A stretch of 64,000 nt of DNA from Candidatus Latescibacterota bacterium. Its GTDB lineage: Bacteria; Latescibacterota; UBA2968; UBA8231. The position numbers and the translations under genes are program-made. The notes under the pieces were generated by a model that made no database searches, was not told the origin of the DNA, and worked only from the letters and a program-made list of their open reading frames with translations. The DNA is taken from NCBI GenBank assembly GCA_965206595.1, contig OZ242214.1, forward strand, positions 3,520,001 to 3,584,000, written 5' to 3'. This document shows, piece after piece, positions 1 through 9,068 of this stretch; within the stretch, counting starts at the first letter, position 1, and the number at the start of each line of letters is the position of its first letter.

Positions 1-1904
1 CGGTCGCTCCGGTACCGGAGGAACGGCTCGTCGTAGTCTGGAAAGAGGTTCCGGCGATCGAATATGTTGTTCTGGTTGAAATCGGAGATGAAGTCCCCGT
101 TTTCATCGTACCCCGGGAACACTTCCGGATCGGCTCGCCCCCTGGGTTCAATCGTAGTTTCCTGCAGTCCCTCCTGCGGTATCAGGCTTCCCTCACCGAT
201 TCGCAGCTGGTCGGGATGTCTGTCGTTGTCGTCGTTGTCGTCGACGAAGTCGTAGAGTTCGTTAGTGGCTTCGGGTGAGTAATCGGCGTTTCCCCCCTGG
301 CGCAGTGGCAGCACGCTGGTCGAATACTCGTCATCCATTCCGAATCCTTCGACGAACAGGGTCGCCGGCCCATTGCGCCACGAAAGATTGGCCAGCCAGC
401 CGAGAGCGTGTCCGTCCCCCCTGATGCCGGATATTGCGCGGTGCTCCTTGCGGTTGGCTACCGGATATTTTCGGTACTGTGTGTTTATGTTGGCCTCGCC
501 GTAGAAGTCGATGCCGTAAAAGTTCCGGATTTCGGTGGTGAACCCGACGATCTGGGTCGCCGTTGGAATGCCATAATCGAAAACCACCTCGCGCTGGTTC
601 AGCTGGTTCTTGATGTTGCCTTCAGCGCGCGCCGCAACACGAAATTGAGGCACTCCGAAACGGTCCGTCTGCCGGTTCGAGCTCATCTCGACGCGGTAGT
701 CGTTCGCAAGGACCAGCCGCACGCGCACGTTGCGGATATTGTCGATCGCGGCCACGGCTTCGTCGGTCGTCAGGTTGAGTTGCTGCTGCAGCTTTGCCCG
801 CAACGTCCCCGATTCATCGTCCCCTTCATTGGGTGCCAGCACGTACCGCAACACGATGTCCTCAGGGCCGTCTGCGGTCAGGAATCCCTGCAGGACCTTG
901 CCCCCTTCGATGGCCGGGCGGAAGCCGAGATCGTTGGCTGAGAACGTGGTGTCTGTCGCCACCATCATCTCTTCGCCTTCGATGAGGGTTTCGCGCAGAA
1001 GAGTGGTTGTAATTTCGATGTCATCGCTGAACAGGACCGCTCCACCCTCGTTGTCTTCTGGAGAATCGTCAGCCAGGCGCAGTACCAGCAGATCGAGGCG
1101 CTGACTCAGCTGCTCGCTGTTCAGTCTGCCGGTGAAGGCGTTGCCCCCGAATGCATCGGCTGCACCGGTCCCGTTGTGGCTGTTAACGAAGGTCAGTCCC
1201 AACGTCAGAAAATCGCTCACGTCCGCGGTGGAGCGGACCGCCGCGAGGTTCGTAAAATTCTGGAAAGTCGATGAACCCGATCCCAGCGCAGGGAATGAGA
1301 TGCGCGAGAACAGGCCGGTTGCGTGGAAGCGCTCCGCGGTATACTCGGTCACCACCCCGTTGAAACCGGCTTTGCGGAACGTCATCGGCGTCAGAGTCAT
1401 GCTGATCTCGTCCCCGACCATGACAGTGAAACCGCGGCCTCGACTGATGTCCGAGGCGATAACGAGCCGGTTGAACCAGTTGTGGTAGCGGGCGGCGGCA
1501 ACGATACGCGACGAGCTTGAGATTACAGGCTGCACCTGCTGCCAGCCGTACACCGACCACCCCTGGGTGACGAGGTCCCCGAAGAAATCATAGTAGTAGT
1601 TCCCCTCGAGTCCGGCGTCGACATAGCGCTTCTGCCTGCGCTTTGCCCAGTTGGTGTACGCCCACTGCTGGCGCCCGTGCTCGCTGAAGTGCACCGGGCC
1701 GAGGTACCATCTCTGTATGGCAGGATCGAGGGCTTCCATGTAATTTGAAACCCCTGGGGTGCGGTACAACAGGCGACCACCTACCCGATCCCCCAGCCGT
1801 CCCCCGAAGTCGGGGGTTTGCGCTCGCAGTGGAGTCTGTCCCAGCAGGAGTATGCAGAAAGCCCCCGCCAGAGCGGCCGTCACAAGACCGTTGCCCGGCT
1901 TCAT
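1..1904 (-). CDS. Large secreted acidic protein, paralog of 1907..4684; runs off the left edge (3' partial)
   Basis: Absent from the ORF track because it has no stop in the window. ATG at 1904, 2 nt after the upstream stop. Reads MKPGNGLVTAALAGAFCILLLGQTPLRAQ (signal peptide), then ALDPAIQRWY..LEGNYYYDFFGDLVTQGW, matching ALDPTVKRWY..LEGDYFYDFFGDYVSRGW of its neighbour. Confidence 0.8.
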   Translation of the reverse strand, partial: MKPGNGLVTAALAGAFCILLLGQTPLRAQTPDFGGRLGDRVGGRLLYRTPGVSNYMEALDPAIQRWYLGPVHFSEHGRQQWAYTNWAKRRQKRYVDAGLEGNYYYDFFGDLVTQGWSVYGWQQVQPVISSSSRIVAAARYHNWFNRLVIASDISRGRGFTVMVGDEISMTLTPMTFRKAGFNGVVTEYTAERFHATGLFSRISFPALGSGSSTFQNFTNLAAVRSTADVSDFLTLGLTFVNSHNGTGAADAFGGNAFTGRLNSEQLSQRLDLLVLRLADDSPEDNEGGAVLFSDDIEITTTLLRETLIEGEEMMVATDTTFSANDLGFRPAIEGGKVLQGFLTADGPEDIVLRYVLAPNEGDDESGTLRAKLQQQLNLTTDEAVAAIDNIRNVRVRLVLANDYRVEMSSNRQTDRFGVPQFRVAARAEGNIKNQLNQREVVFDYGIPTATQIVGFTTEIRNFYGIDFYGEANINTQYRKYPVANRKEHRAISGIRGDGHALGWLANLSWRNGPATLFVEGFGMDDEYSTSVLPLRQGGNADYSPEATNELYDFVDDNDDNDRHPDQLRIGEGSLIPQEGLQETTIEPRGRADPEVFPGYDENGDFISDFNQNNIFDRRNLFPDYDEPFLRYRSD

Positions 1905-1906
1905 TT

Positions 1907-4684
1907 CTACTCTACTCCAGCGTAGATCGTCATGAAGCTCGTGGTTTCGGTTCTGCCTTCAGACTTCTTTCCGAACACACCCGGCGAACTCTGTTCCACC
2001 GACTCCGACAGAATGCGGCCGACCCGCAGCCCGATCTGCGTGGTTAGACGATAGCCCAGGTATTGCGAGTTGTTGGTCAGCTGCAGCGCGAAGATCGCCG
2101 AGCGTAGATCGCCGGTCGGGCCGGTGATTCCCAGATCTACCATCTCGTCTTCGTCCGTCTCCTGGTCGGAAAACTGAGCCAGCTCGACGCCTCCTGTAAC
2201 GACACTCCTGCTGAGCACCGGGAACTGGGCAAGCAGAATCGCCAAGCCCGTCCACTGCTTGCGATCCTCCCTCTCTTTCAGGAAGGCGTCCTGCCGCAGG
2301 AATTCGCTCTTCAGCTTCGGCTGCAGGTCGAGGTTCCCGATTGAGTAGTCACCCTCGACCTTGTTGATGATCCCGATGAGGCTGGTCGTGCCGTTCAGCG
2401 GGCGCCCCTCGATGTCCTGCGCCCCTTCCTCGATCTGGTTGTAAAACTCGTACTTCATCTTGTTGACAACCTTCAGCCGCGGAATCGACGTATAGTCGAG
2501 CCCCAACCAGGCCGTGTTTATCCACGTGTCAGGCGCATTCAGGAGATCCTCAACCAGCGGCTGGGCCGGGGCACTGCGAAACGGCGAAGGTGCTCTGCGG
2601 TCATCGGGAATCGTATCCGCGACACGCTTCAGCATATCGAACACCCGCACCCGACCAATACCTGCGTAGTCCTTATCGAAGGTGAACATCCCGTAAGTGG
2701 TGCGGTTGTCGCGTTTGTCGGAGAGCATGCGCTCGTCCAGGCGTCCCACGAACACGCGGGTTTCCGGGGTCAGGTGAGTTCCTACGAAGAGGTTGTAGCC
2801 ACGGCGGTCCGCTTTGTACGGATAGTCGGCCAACTCGTCGTCCTCGAAGCGATCGATCCAGCCGTTGTTGTTGAGGTCGATACCGAACAGGTACTCGGGG
2901 CGATCGACGTGGTGGCGCAGGAACGGCTCCTCATAGTCGGGGATGATGTTGGGAACCGAAGTGTTGTCGTTCTGGTTGAAGTCGGAAATGAAGTCGTTGT
3001 TCTCGTCCCACCCGGGGAAGACATTGAAGTCGGCCGCCTGACTGCCGACACGGGCCCAGTCGGGCCTGCTGTCCTGATCGTCGTTGTCCTCGACGAACTC
3101 ATAAATGGAATCCAGCGGAAAGTCGTACCTGAAGTCCCCCTCGTTGTCGGTTACGTAGGTACTTGTCGAGTAGTCGTGGTCAATTGAATACAGCTCGGCA
3201 AAGCCGAAGTGGGGGTATTCCTGTTTGGACAACGTGAAGATGCCTGCCTCCGCCTGCTCGGATGAGATTTCATGGCCCTCGTCAGCGGCAAAGCGGGCGG
3301 CGTTCGGATACTGCGAGTAGCGGATGTTGCGGTCCCACTCCCCGTAGAAATCGAACCCCGCTATATCCGTCCCCTCGATCGTGAATCCGCCAATGAGATT
3401 GGCTGTCGGCAGTCCGTAATTGAACTTCACAACCCGGACGTTCGAGATGTCCTTGATGTTGCCCGCTGCCCGCTTGACGTTGAGCAGCACAGGCTCGGAC
3501 TCGTCGATGACCGAGGCGGTCAGAGGCGCCGCCGGCACCTGGCGGCGGCCGGTCTGCCGGTTCGACCACATGTCTATACGGTAGTCGTTGGCGAGTAGGT
3601 AATCGAACTCGACGTCGACGATGCTCGTGAGGTCCGGGCCTACGTACGCCGGGTCGGTGAAGTCGTAGTTTATCACGATCCGCTCGCTGCCGTCGGCGGC
3701 GAGGAATCCTTCCCGCTCCAAACCGCCGAATATGGTTGGCCACTCCGTGCCGGAGCGGACGACCTCCTCGAGGGTGAACACGGTTTCCATGCCCGTCTCG
3801 AAGTCCCTGCTGCGGATGCGGATGTCGTGGCTGAACAGCGCAGCCCCTCCCTCGTTGTCGTCAGGGCTGTCGTCGCTGAGGACGATGGCCACTGCAGAGA
3901 TCGGAGTGCTGCTTTGTCCGGCGGTCAGGTTTCCGGCGATGAAGTTTCCCGTAAACATGTCGAGCGAGGTATTGGCGTTGCGGGCGTCGACCAGCGTACT
4001 CCCCAGGGTGATGAAATCCCCGAGCTGCAGCGTGGCGCGGCCGCCGACGAGGCTCGTGGAGTTGGTCCGCTTGAGGGGGGTGGTGGTGGTTCCTCCGGCC
4101 GGGTCGCTGATGCGCGAAGCGATGATCGTGGCGGCGTATTTGTCTGCTGCGAAATCGATCTGAAGACCGTTGAAGTCCGGCTTGGAGAAGGTCATCGGCG
4201 TAAGGGTCGTGCGGATCCGGTTGCCAAGAGTGATGGCGTAGGCGTACTGGCCCTTGGCATCGCTGCTGACACCGAGGCTGTTGAAGAAGCCCTGGAACCT
4301 GCTGCCCTTGAAGATGCCGGAGCCCTCCTGCTGCGGCTGGTCCTGGCGCCAGTCGTAGACCAGCCAGCCCCTGCTGACGTAGTCTCCAAAGAAATCGTAG
4401 AAGTAGTCCCCTTCCAGGGCCGTATTGACGTAGCGCTGATAGTGAGTACGGGCGTAGTTGGAGTATTCCCACTGGCGCCAGCGATATTCATTATACAGTT
4501 CCTGCGGCACGTACCATCTTTTGACCGTCGGATCCAGAGCTCCGAAGACTACTCCCGGCCCTCTGGGCTCGAACGACACGGCGCCCCCCCGTTGGACCCC
4601 GAGGCGACTGCCGTAATCCTGTGCCATAGTCGCCGTCGCGGTCAGCGCGAGGAACGTCAGTACCGATCCTGCACGGATTTTCAA
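1907..4684 (-). CDS. Large secreted/outer-membrane hypothetical protein with Asp-rich putative Ca-binding loops (925 aa)
   Basis: TTG at 4684 preceded by GGAGG; signal peptide ..VLTFLALTATATMA-QD; DNDDQD, DENNDFISD and DLNNNGWID motifs; C-terminal amphipathic beta-strand pattern. The ORF-track start at 4969 overlaps the upstream gene. Confidence 0.75.
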   Translation of the reverse strand: MKIRAGSVLTFLALTATATMAQDYGSRLGVQRGGAVSFEPRGPGVVFGALDPTVKRWYVPQELYNEYRWRQWEYSNYARTHYQRYVNTALEGDYFYDFFGDYVSRGWLVYDWRQDQPQQEGSGIFKGSRFQGFFNSLGVSSDAKGQYAYAITLGNRIRTTLTPMTFSKPDFNGLQIDFAADKYAATIIASRISDPAGGTTTTPLKRTNSTSLVGGRATLQLGDFITLGSTLVDARNANTSLDMFTGNFIAGNLTAGQSSTPISAVAIVLSDDSPDDNEGGAALFSHDIRIRSRDFETGMETVFTLEEVVRSGTEWPTIFGGLEREGFLAADGSERIVINYDFTDPAYVGPDLTSIVDVEFDYLLANDYRIDMWSNRQTGRRQVPAAPLTASVIDESEPVLLNVKRAAGNIKDISNVRVVKFNYGLPTANLIGGFTIEGTDIAGFDFYGEWDRNIRYSQYPNAARFAADEGHEISSEQAEAGIFTLSKQEYPHFGFAELYSIDHDYSTSTYVTDNEGDFRYDFPLDSIYEFVEDNDDQDSRPDWARVGSQAADFNVFPGWDENNDFISDFNQNDNTSVPNIIPDYEEPFLRHHVDRPEYLFGIDLNNNGWIDRFEDDELADYPYKADRRGYNLFVGTHLTPETRVFVGRLDERMLSDKRDNRTTYGMFTFDKDYAGIGRVRVFDMLKRVADTIPDDRRAPSPFRSAPAQPLVEDLLNAPDTWINTAWLGLDYTSIPRLKVVNKMKYEFYNQIEEGAQDIEGRPLNGTTSLIGIINKVEGDYSIGNLDLQPKLKSEFLRQDAFLKEREDRKQWTGLAILLAQFPVLSRSVVTGGVELAQFSDQETDEDEMVDLGITGPTGDLRSAIFALQLTNNSQYLGYRLTTQIGLRVGRILSESVEQSSPGVFGKKSEGRTETTSFMTIYAGVE

Positions 4685-4731
4685 AGCTGGTTTCCTCCCA
4701 TGTTGCAGCTGAAACTTCTGGTAGTCCCGGC

Positions 4732-6972
4732 TCAATAAGCCAGACTGACTACACCTGGAATTTTTTCCGCCCCGGTTCCGGCGTCGAGGGCGACGACGTA
4801 GATGTAATTTCCAGGCGGCATCAGGTCTCCCGCTTCGTTGCGACCGTCCCATTCCTGGGTGAAACGGCCGCTGGATTTGGTTCCGCTGTAGATCCTGATG
4901 CGCCTCCCCGACAGGTCGTAGATTGCGAAATCGAGCTGGGTCGGTCTGGCGATGTTGGTGATATCGCATGCGATCGAAACGAATTCATTGATGCCGTCCC
5001 CGTTGGGCGAAAACACCGCCGGAATCGCCTTGACGTTGACGAGCAGCTCATCGATGACCGGCACATCGACAAAGAGGTTGCGCGATACCGGTGTGCCGAT
5101 CGGATCGGTGTCCGGGTCGGTTTGACCGGATTGGCTCAGGTCGGCGGCATTGCCCGGCTCGAGAGGCTGACCGAAGGCCGGATCCTGCTCATTGAGAGCC
5201 ACCCCGCTGAAGCGGGTGCCTACCCGCAGAACGGTGCTGTGAAAATCGACTCGCAACAGGGTCCCGCTTTCATCCACGTGGGGGAAAGCCAGTGTGAAAC
5301 CGCTGCTGTCGTTTTCCACGACGGTAAAATCCCCCTTGGCCGCAGGGGTATCGGTGACGGACTGCCCGGTGAAATCAGCCTCGTGACGGACGGTGCCGGC
5401 GGCGGAAAGAATTTGCACCGAGCCCATGCTCCGGGTCTGCAGCGGTGTCGCGATGCGCAGGCTGCCAAATCCGAGGTCATCACCCTTGCTCGTGTAGAGT
5501 ACGGCGTAGGTGAAAGCGGTTTCTTCTCCAAGGACAGCCGAACGGGGAAATATCTCCGCCAGCAGAGAATCCGCGAACACCGGGCGCGAAATGTCGAAAG
5601 CCAGCCCGCCTACCCCCGTGGCCGAATCGAAGGTCTCGTTGGCGAAGCCTATCCTGAACTGGAGGTACCGCCTGGTTCCGCTGGTGACGATGGGAATCCC
5701 GGTGGTCTCGTCCTCGAGAGCCTCTTCCCCCGCGATCCCGTCCGGGGTATAAGGAGGCGACCAGGCGCTCCAGTTTGTCAGATCGTCCCTGATCGACGAC
5801 CTGGCGTCCGTGTCGAGGTTGAAGTAAGAGGCGTTGTCGAGGGTGATCGACTGTCGGTCCTCGAGGGAAAGATTGTTGAAGGTGAGCAGCGATTCGCGCC
5901 CGTCCCCTTCGGGGTTGTCGAGAACGGTTTCGATCAAGGCGACGAGATCGGCGTCCTCGACCTCGGATGCCGGTTTCCAGGGCGCGTCGATCGGGATTTC
6001 CTCAACGGTCGCCCCGAGCCGCACGACCCTGCCGGAGGGCTGCACGCCTATGCGGGTGTACTCGACGGGGTCGGGGTCGTTTCCCGAACGCGTCTGGATG
6101 CTGACCTGGGACCGATCCGGATCGCCGAGTTGTTCCTGTGTCCACCGGAGGTTGCCGAGAATGGCGCGTTCGCCGAAGTCGAAAACATTCGAAACGTAGG
6201 TGGCCTGAGGCACGAAACCATCGCTGAACACCTGCATCTCCGCAATCTCGAAGCCAACGGAGGACAGGGACTTCAGCCGGATGTGGCGAACGAACCGGGT
6301 CGGAATTCTCAGGTCGACGACCGCCTCCTCGTTCTGTCCTTCGAGGGCGATCGTTTCCCAGATCAGGGCCCCGTCTCGCACCGATTCAGGGGAGCCGTCA
6401 TTGACGAACAGTTCGTACCCCTTGATGAATTCGCGCTGGTTGGGAAACGCTGGGGCCGGGAAATCTTCAGCGGCGTTGCGAGGAAAGAAGCGGAAGCGGT
6501 TGACACCGAATACCGACCCGAGATCGAACTGCATGATCAACCCGAAGGCCCCGGCGCTCGATCCAGCTGACAACGCCTTCACTTCGAGGGCGCTGTTTCC
6601 GTCCCCGTCATACATCTTAGGAAAGTTGCCTTCGAGCGTGCGAAAAGAAGGCAGTGGCGTGAAAACCTGTCCGCCCCGGACAACGACTCCCAGCAGGATG
6701 TTGTCGGAGGTATCTGCCTGCTGCGGAAAGATCCAGCCAGACCTGTCGAGCAGGTCAAAGTCGATAACCCCACCCGGGGTGTTGGTTTCATCGACGTTTC
6801 TGTCGTCGAGGATCACCGTCGCAGGAATATCCCCTCCGCCGCCTTCCCAGGGCAGGCCGGAAACCCCGACGACTATGGATTCGGTCGTGGCACCGGAGGC
6901 TCCGGCGGAAAGGAGGACCAAGGCACTGGTTGCTGCCAGGATCGGGACTCGAGCAGCGTCACTAGTGATCAT
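4732..6972 (-). CDS. Secreted protein with a discoidin/galactose-binding-like region and C-terminal FlgD Ig-like domain
   Basis: Signal peptide; MYDGD..IMQFDLG..RHIRL..EIAEMQVF (F5/8-like pattern); C-terminal FSPNGDGINE..IYDLSGRRIR..WDGRNEAGDLMPPGNYIY (FlgD_ig signature). Confidence 0.8.
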   Translation of the reverse strand: MITSDAARVPILAATSALVLLSAGASGATTESIVVGVSGLPWEGGGGDIPATVILDDRNVDETNTPGGVIDFDLLDRSGWIFPQQADTSDNILLGVVVRGGQVFTPLPSFRTLEGNFPKMYDGDGNSALEVKALSAGSSAGAFGLIMQFDLGSVFGVNRFRFFPRNAAEDFPAPAFPNQREFIKGYELFVNDGSPESVRDGALIWETIALEGQNEEAVVDLRIPTRFVRHIRLKSLSSVGFEIAEMQVFSDGFVPQATYVSNVFDFGERAILGNLRWTQEQLGDPDRSQVSIQTRSGNDPDPVEYTRIGVQPSGRVVRLGATVEEIPIDAPWKPASEVEDADLVALIETVLDNPEGDGRESLLTFNNLSLEDRQSITLDNASYFNLDTDARSSIRDDLTNWSAWSPPYTPDGIAGEEALEDETTGIPIVTSGTRRYLQFRIGFANETFDSATGVGGLAFDISRPVFADSLLAEIFPRSAVLGEETAFTYAVLYTSKGDDLGFGSLRIATPLQTRSMGSVQILSAAGTVRHEADFTGQSVTDTPAAKGDFTVVENDSSGFTLAFPHVDESGTLLRVDFHSTVLRVGTRFSGVALNEQDPAFGQPLEPGNAADLSQSGQTDPDTDPIGTPVSRNLFVDVPVIDELLVNVKAIPAVFSPNGDGINEFVSIACDITNIARPTQLDFAIYDLSGRRIRIYSGTKSSGRFTQEWDGRNEAGDLMPPGNYIYVVALDAGTGAEKIPGVVSLAY

Positions 6973-7006
6973 TAGTGGTCATTTTTCGATAGTGGCCATT
7001 TTTCGA
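6973..7006. repeat. Two tandem 17-bp direct repeats TAGTGG(T/C)CATTTTTCGA directly upstream of the 6972 start codon
   Basis: Copies at 6973-6989 and 6990-7006 with one mismatch; partial third copy TAGTGATCAT at 6963-6972. Confidence 0.6.
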
Positions 7007-7040
7007 TGGCTTCTCCGGGCAGGTAGGGGCCGGATCGATT

Positions 7041-9068
7041 ATGATTTTTGGGCTGCTGTGGCGGGTGAGTGTAGTTTGTATGGCAATCGCGACGCACGCC
7101 CAGTTGACCGGGCGTGGTGCAAAGGAACAGCGAAAAACTCCAGTGGTCAAGCAATTTCAAGCAGTCGTACGGCGTTCTGAGCGTCCTGGCAACGGCTACC
7201 GGCCGGCATGGTCCAGCCCTTCCCGGGAAAGGCCACCGGGCCGCGTCCGCAAACAGCCTCAAGTACCTGTAAAGCCGCACCTTGCATCGATTCCCAGGGC
7301 CGTGTGTGCATTCCTGGGGCTCCTGGCCTGCTCCCCGGAGCCGGAGGATTTCGCCGAGGAGGGCCTCGACCCTGCGGCGCGCAGCGCCCTGGCGCAGTAC
7401 TCCGAGGTGGCGGTGCAGAATCCCGGCCAACCGCAGGCCCATTACAATCTCGGCGTGGCCCTTGCCCGCGCCGGCCGTCACGAGGAAGCGGAAGCGAGCT
7501 ACCGCCGGGCACTCGAACTCGAACCGGAATACGCCCTCAGTTATCAGGGGCTGGGCCAGCTCGCCTTCCGCCGCGGCGCCAACGATGTCGCCGCGAGCTA
7601 CTTTCGCCGCGCCATCGCCGTCGACAGCACTCTTGCCGTGGCCCACAACAACTTGGGCCACATCAACCACCGCAGGGGAGAGATCGAGCTTGGGGTCCAC
7701 CACTACGAGCGCGCGGTCCGCCACGAACCAGAGCAGGCTCAGTACCTGGTGAATCTCGGGCTCGCCTACCGCGCCCTAGGCCGCTACGACCGCGCCTTGG
7801 GAATGGTCGAGCGCGCCGCATTTCTCGACAGCACGTTGCAGAACCTCGATGCCATCCTCGCGTCTCTGTACCTCGCTGAACAGCTTCTGCCGGAGGCTCT
7901 CGCCGCATACCGGAAACTGGTCGACCGAGGGGCCGGCCCCGATGCCCACATGGGGCTCGGGGATGTGTATGCAATGCTGGTTGAGCTCGACAAGTCTTCC
8001 ACCCAATACCGGCGCGTGCTGGAGCTGGAGCCTGAAAACCCGGAAGCGCATCACAAGCTGGCCAGGGTGCTCGACTACCAGGGGAATCTGCCCGAGGCCA
8101 TCGAACTGCTGGAGGCAGCGGTGGGCTTGGATGAAACCTCGGTGCCGGCGCTGCAGTCTCTCGCCGTACTCTACGGGAAACAGTCGCGTCACGAAGACGC
8201 GGAACGCGTGCTCTCGAAAGCACGCGCCCTCGACGGCGAAAACGTAGACACTCTGCTGCTTCTGGGAGAGCTGTACACCCGCCGGGGGCGCTACGAGGAA
8301 GCCGAATCGGCCCTGGTCTCCGCGCGCGACCGCCAGCCCTCCCGCGGCGAGTGCTGGCGCCTGCTGGGCATGCTTTATAATGACTGGGGTCGCGGCCGGG
8401 AGGCCGAGAGGGCCTTGCGCAGGGCGGTGGAGCTCGAGCCGACGGCAGCGCCCACGCATTTCAACCTCGCCACGGCGCTTCGCAGTCTCGGAAAGGGAGC
8501 CGCGGCCGACAGCAGTATGCGGCGCTTCGAGATGCTGCGCAGGATCTCCGAGGAGATCGCCGAGAGGAAGGGGACGCTGCACCAGACTCCAGGCGACATC
8601 GAAAAGCGCCTTACCCTGGTGCGACATCACCTGATGCTCGGCCAAAGGGAGCAGGCCTTGGTGCAGTACCAGGCCGTTCTCGCTTTCGACCCGTCTCATG
8701 TTGAGGCCCGACTGGCGCTGGTTCGCATGTACGTCGAGCAGGGCCAGACCCCAACCGCACTCAGGCTCTGCGTGGAAGGGATCGAGCGCTATCCGGACCT
8801 CCCCGATCTCGAGCGCCTTTATTTCGCCGCCGGGCAGGTGTACTTCACCGCCGGCCGCACGACCGAGGCGGAGGCTGCCTGGAAGCGGGCTCTCGAGCTC
8901 GATCCCGGGTACGACGAGGTGCATTTCGTGCTCGGGGCCCTGTACGAAAGCACGGGCCGCGACGACCTCGCCAGGGATGCCTACCGTTCGTTCCTTCAGC
9001 GTTGGGATTCCGATTCGCCGAAGGCGGCCGCCGCCCGGGAAGGCCTGGAGCGCCTCGCCTCGCGCTGA
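7041..9068 (+). CDS. Tetratricopeptide-repeat (lipo)protein
   Basis: Many TPR units (AHYNLGVALARAGRHEEAEASYRRALELEP etc.). Lipobox-like LGLLAC near 7330 suggests the true start is about 7260-7302. Stop overlaps the next ATG (TGATG). Confidence 0.85.
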   Translation: MIFGLLWRVSVVCMAIATHAQLTGRGAKEQRKTPVVKQFQAVVRRSERPGNGYRPAWSSPSRERPPGRVRKQPQVPVKPHLASIPRAVCAFLGLLACSPEPEDFAEEGLDPAARSALAQYSEVAVQNPGQPQAHYNLGVALARAGRHEEAEASYRRALELEPEYALSYQGLGQLAFRRGANDVAASYFRRAIAVDSTLAVAHNNLGHINHRRGEIELGVHHYERAVRHEPEQAQYLVNLGLAYRALGRYDRALGMVERAAFLDSTLQNLDAILASLYLAEQLLPEALAAYRKLVDRGAGPDAHMGLGDVYAMLVELDKSSTQYRRVLELEPENPEAHHKLARVLDYQGNLPEAIELLEAAVGLDETSVPALQSLAVLYGKQSRHEDAERVLSKARALDGENVDTLLLLGELYTRRGRYEEAESALVSARDRQPSRGECWRLLGMLYNDWGRGREAERALRRAVELEPTAAPTHFNLATALRSLGKGAAADSSMRRFEMLRRISEEIAERKGTLHQTPGDIEKRLTLVRHHLMLGQREQALVQYQAVLAFDPSHVEARLALVRMYVEQGQTPTALRLCVEGIERYPDLPDLERLYFAAGQVYFTAGRTTEAEAAWKRALELDPGYDEVHFVLGALYESTGRDDLARDAYRSFLQRWDSDSPKAAAAREGLERLASR

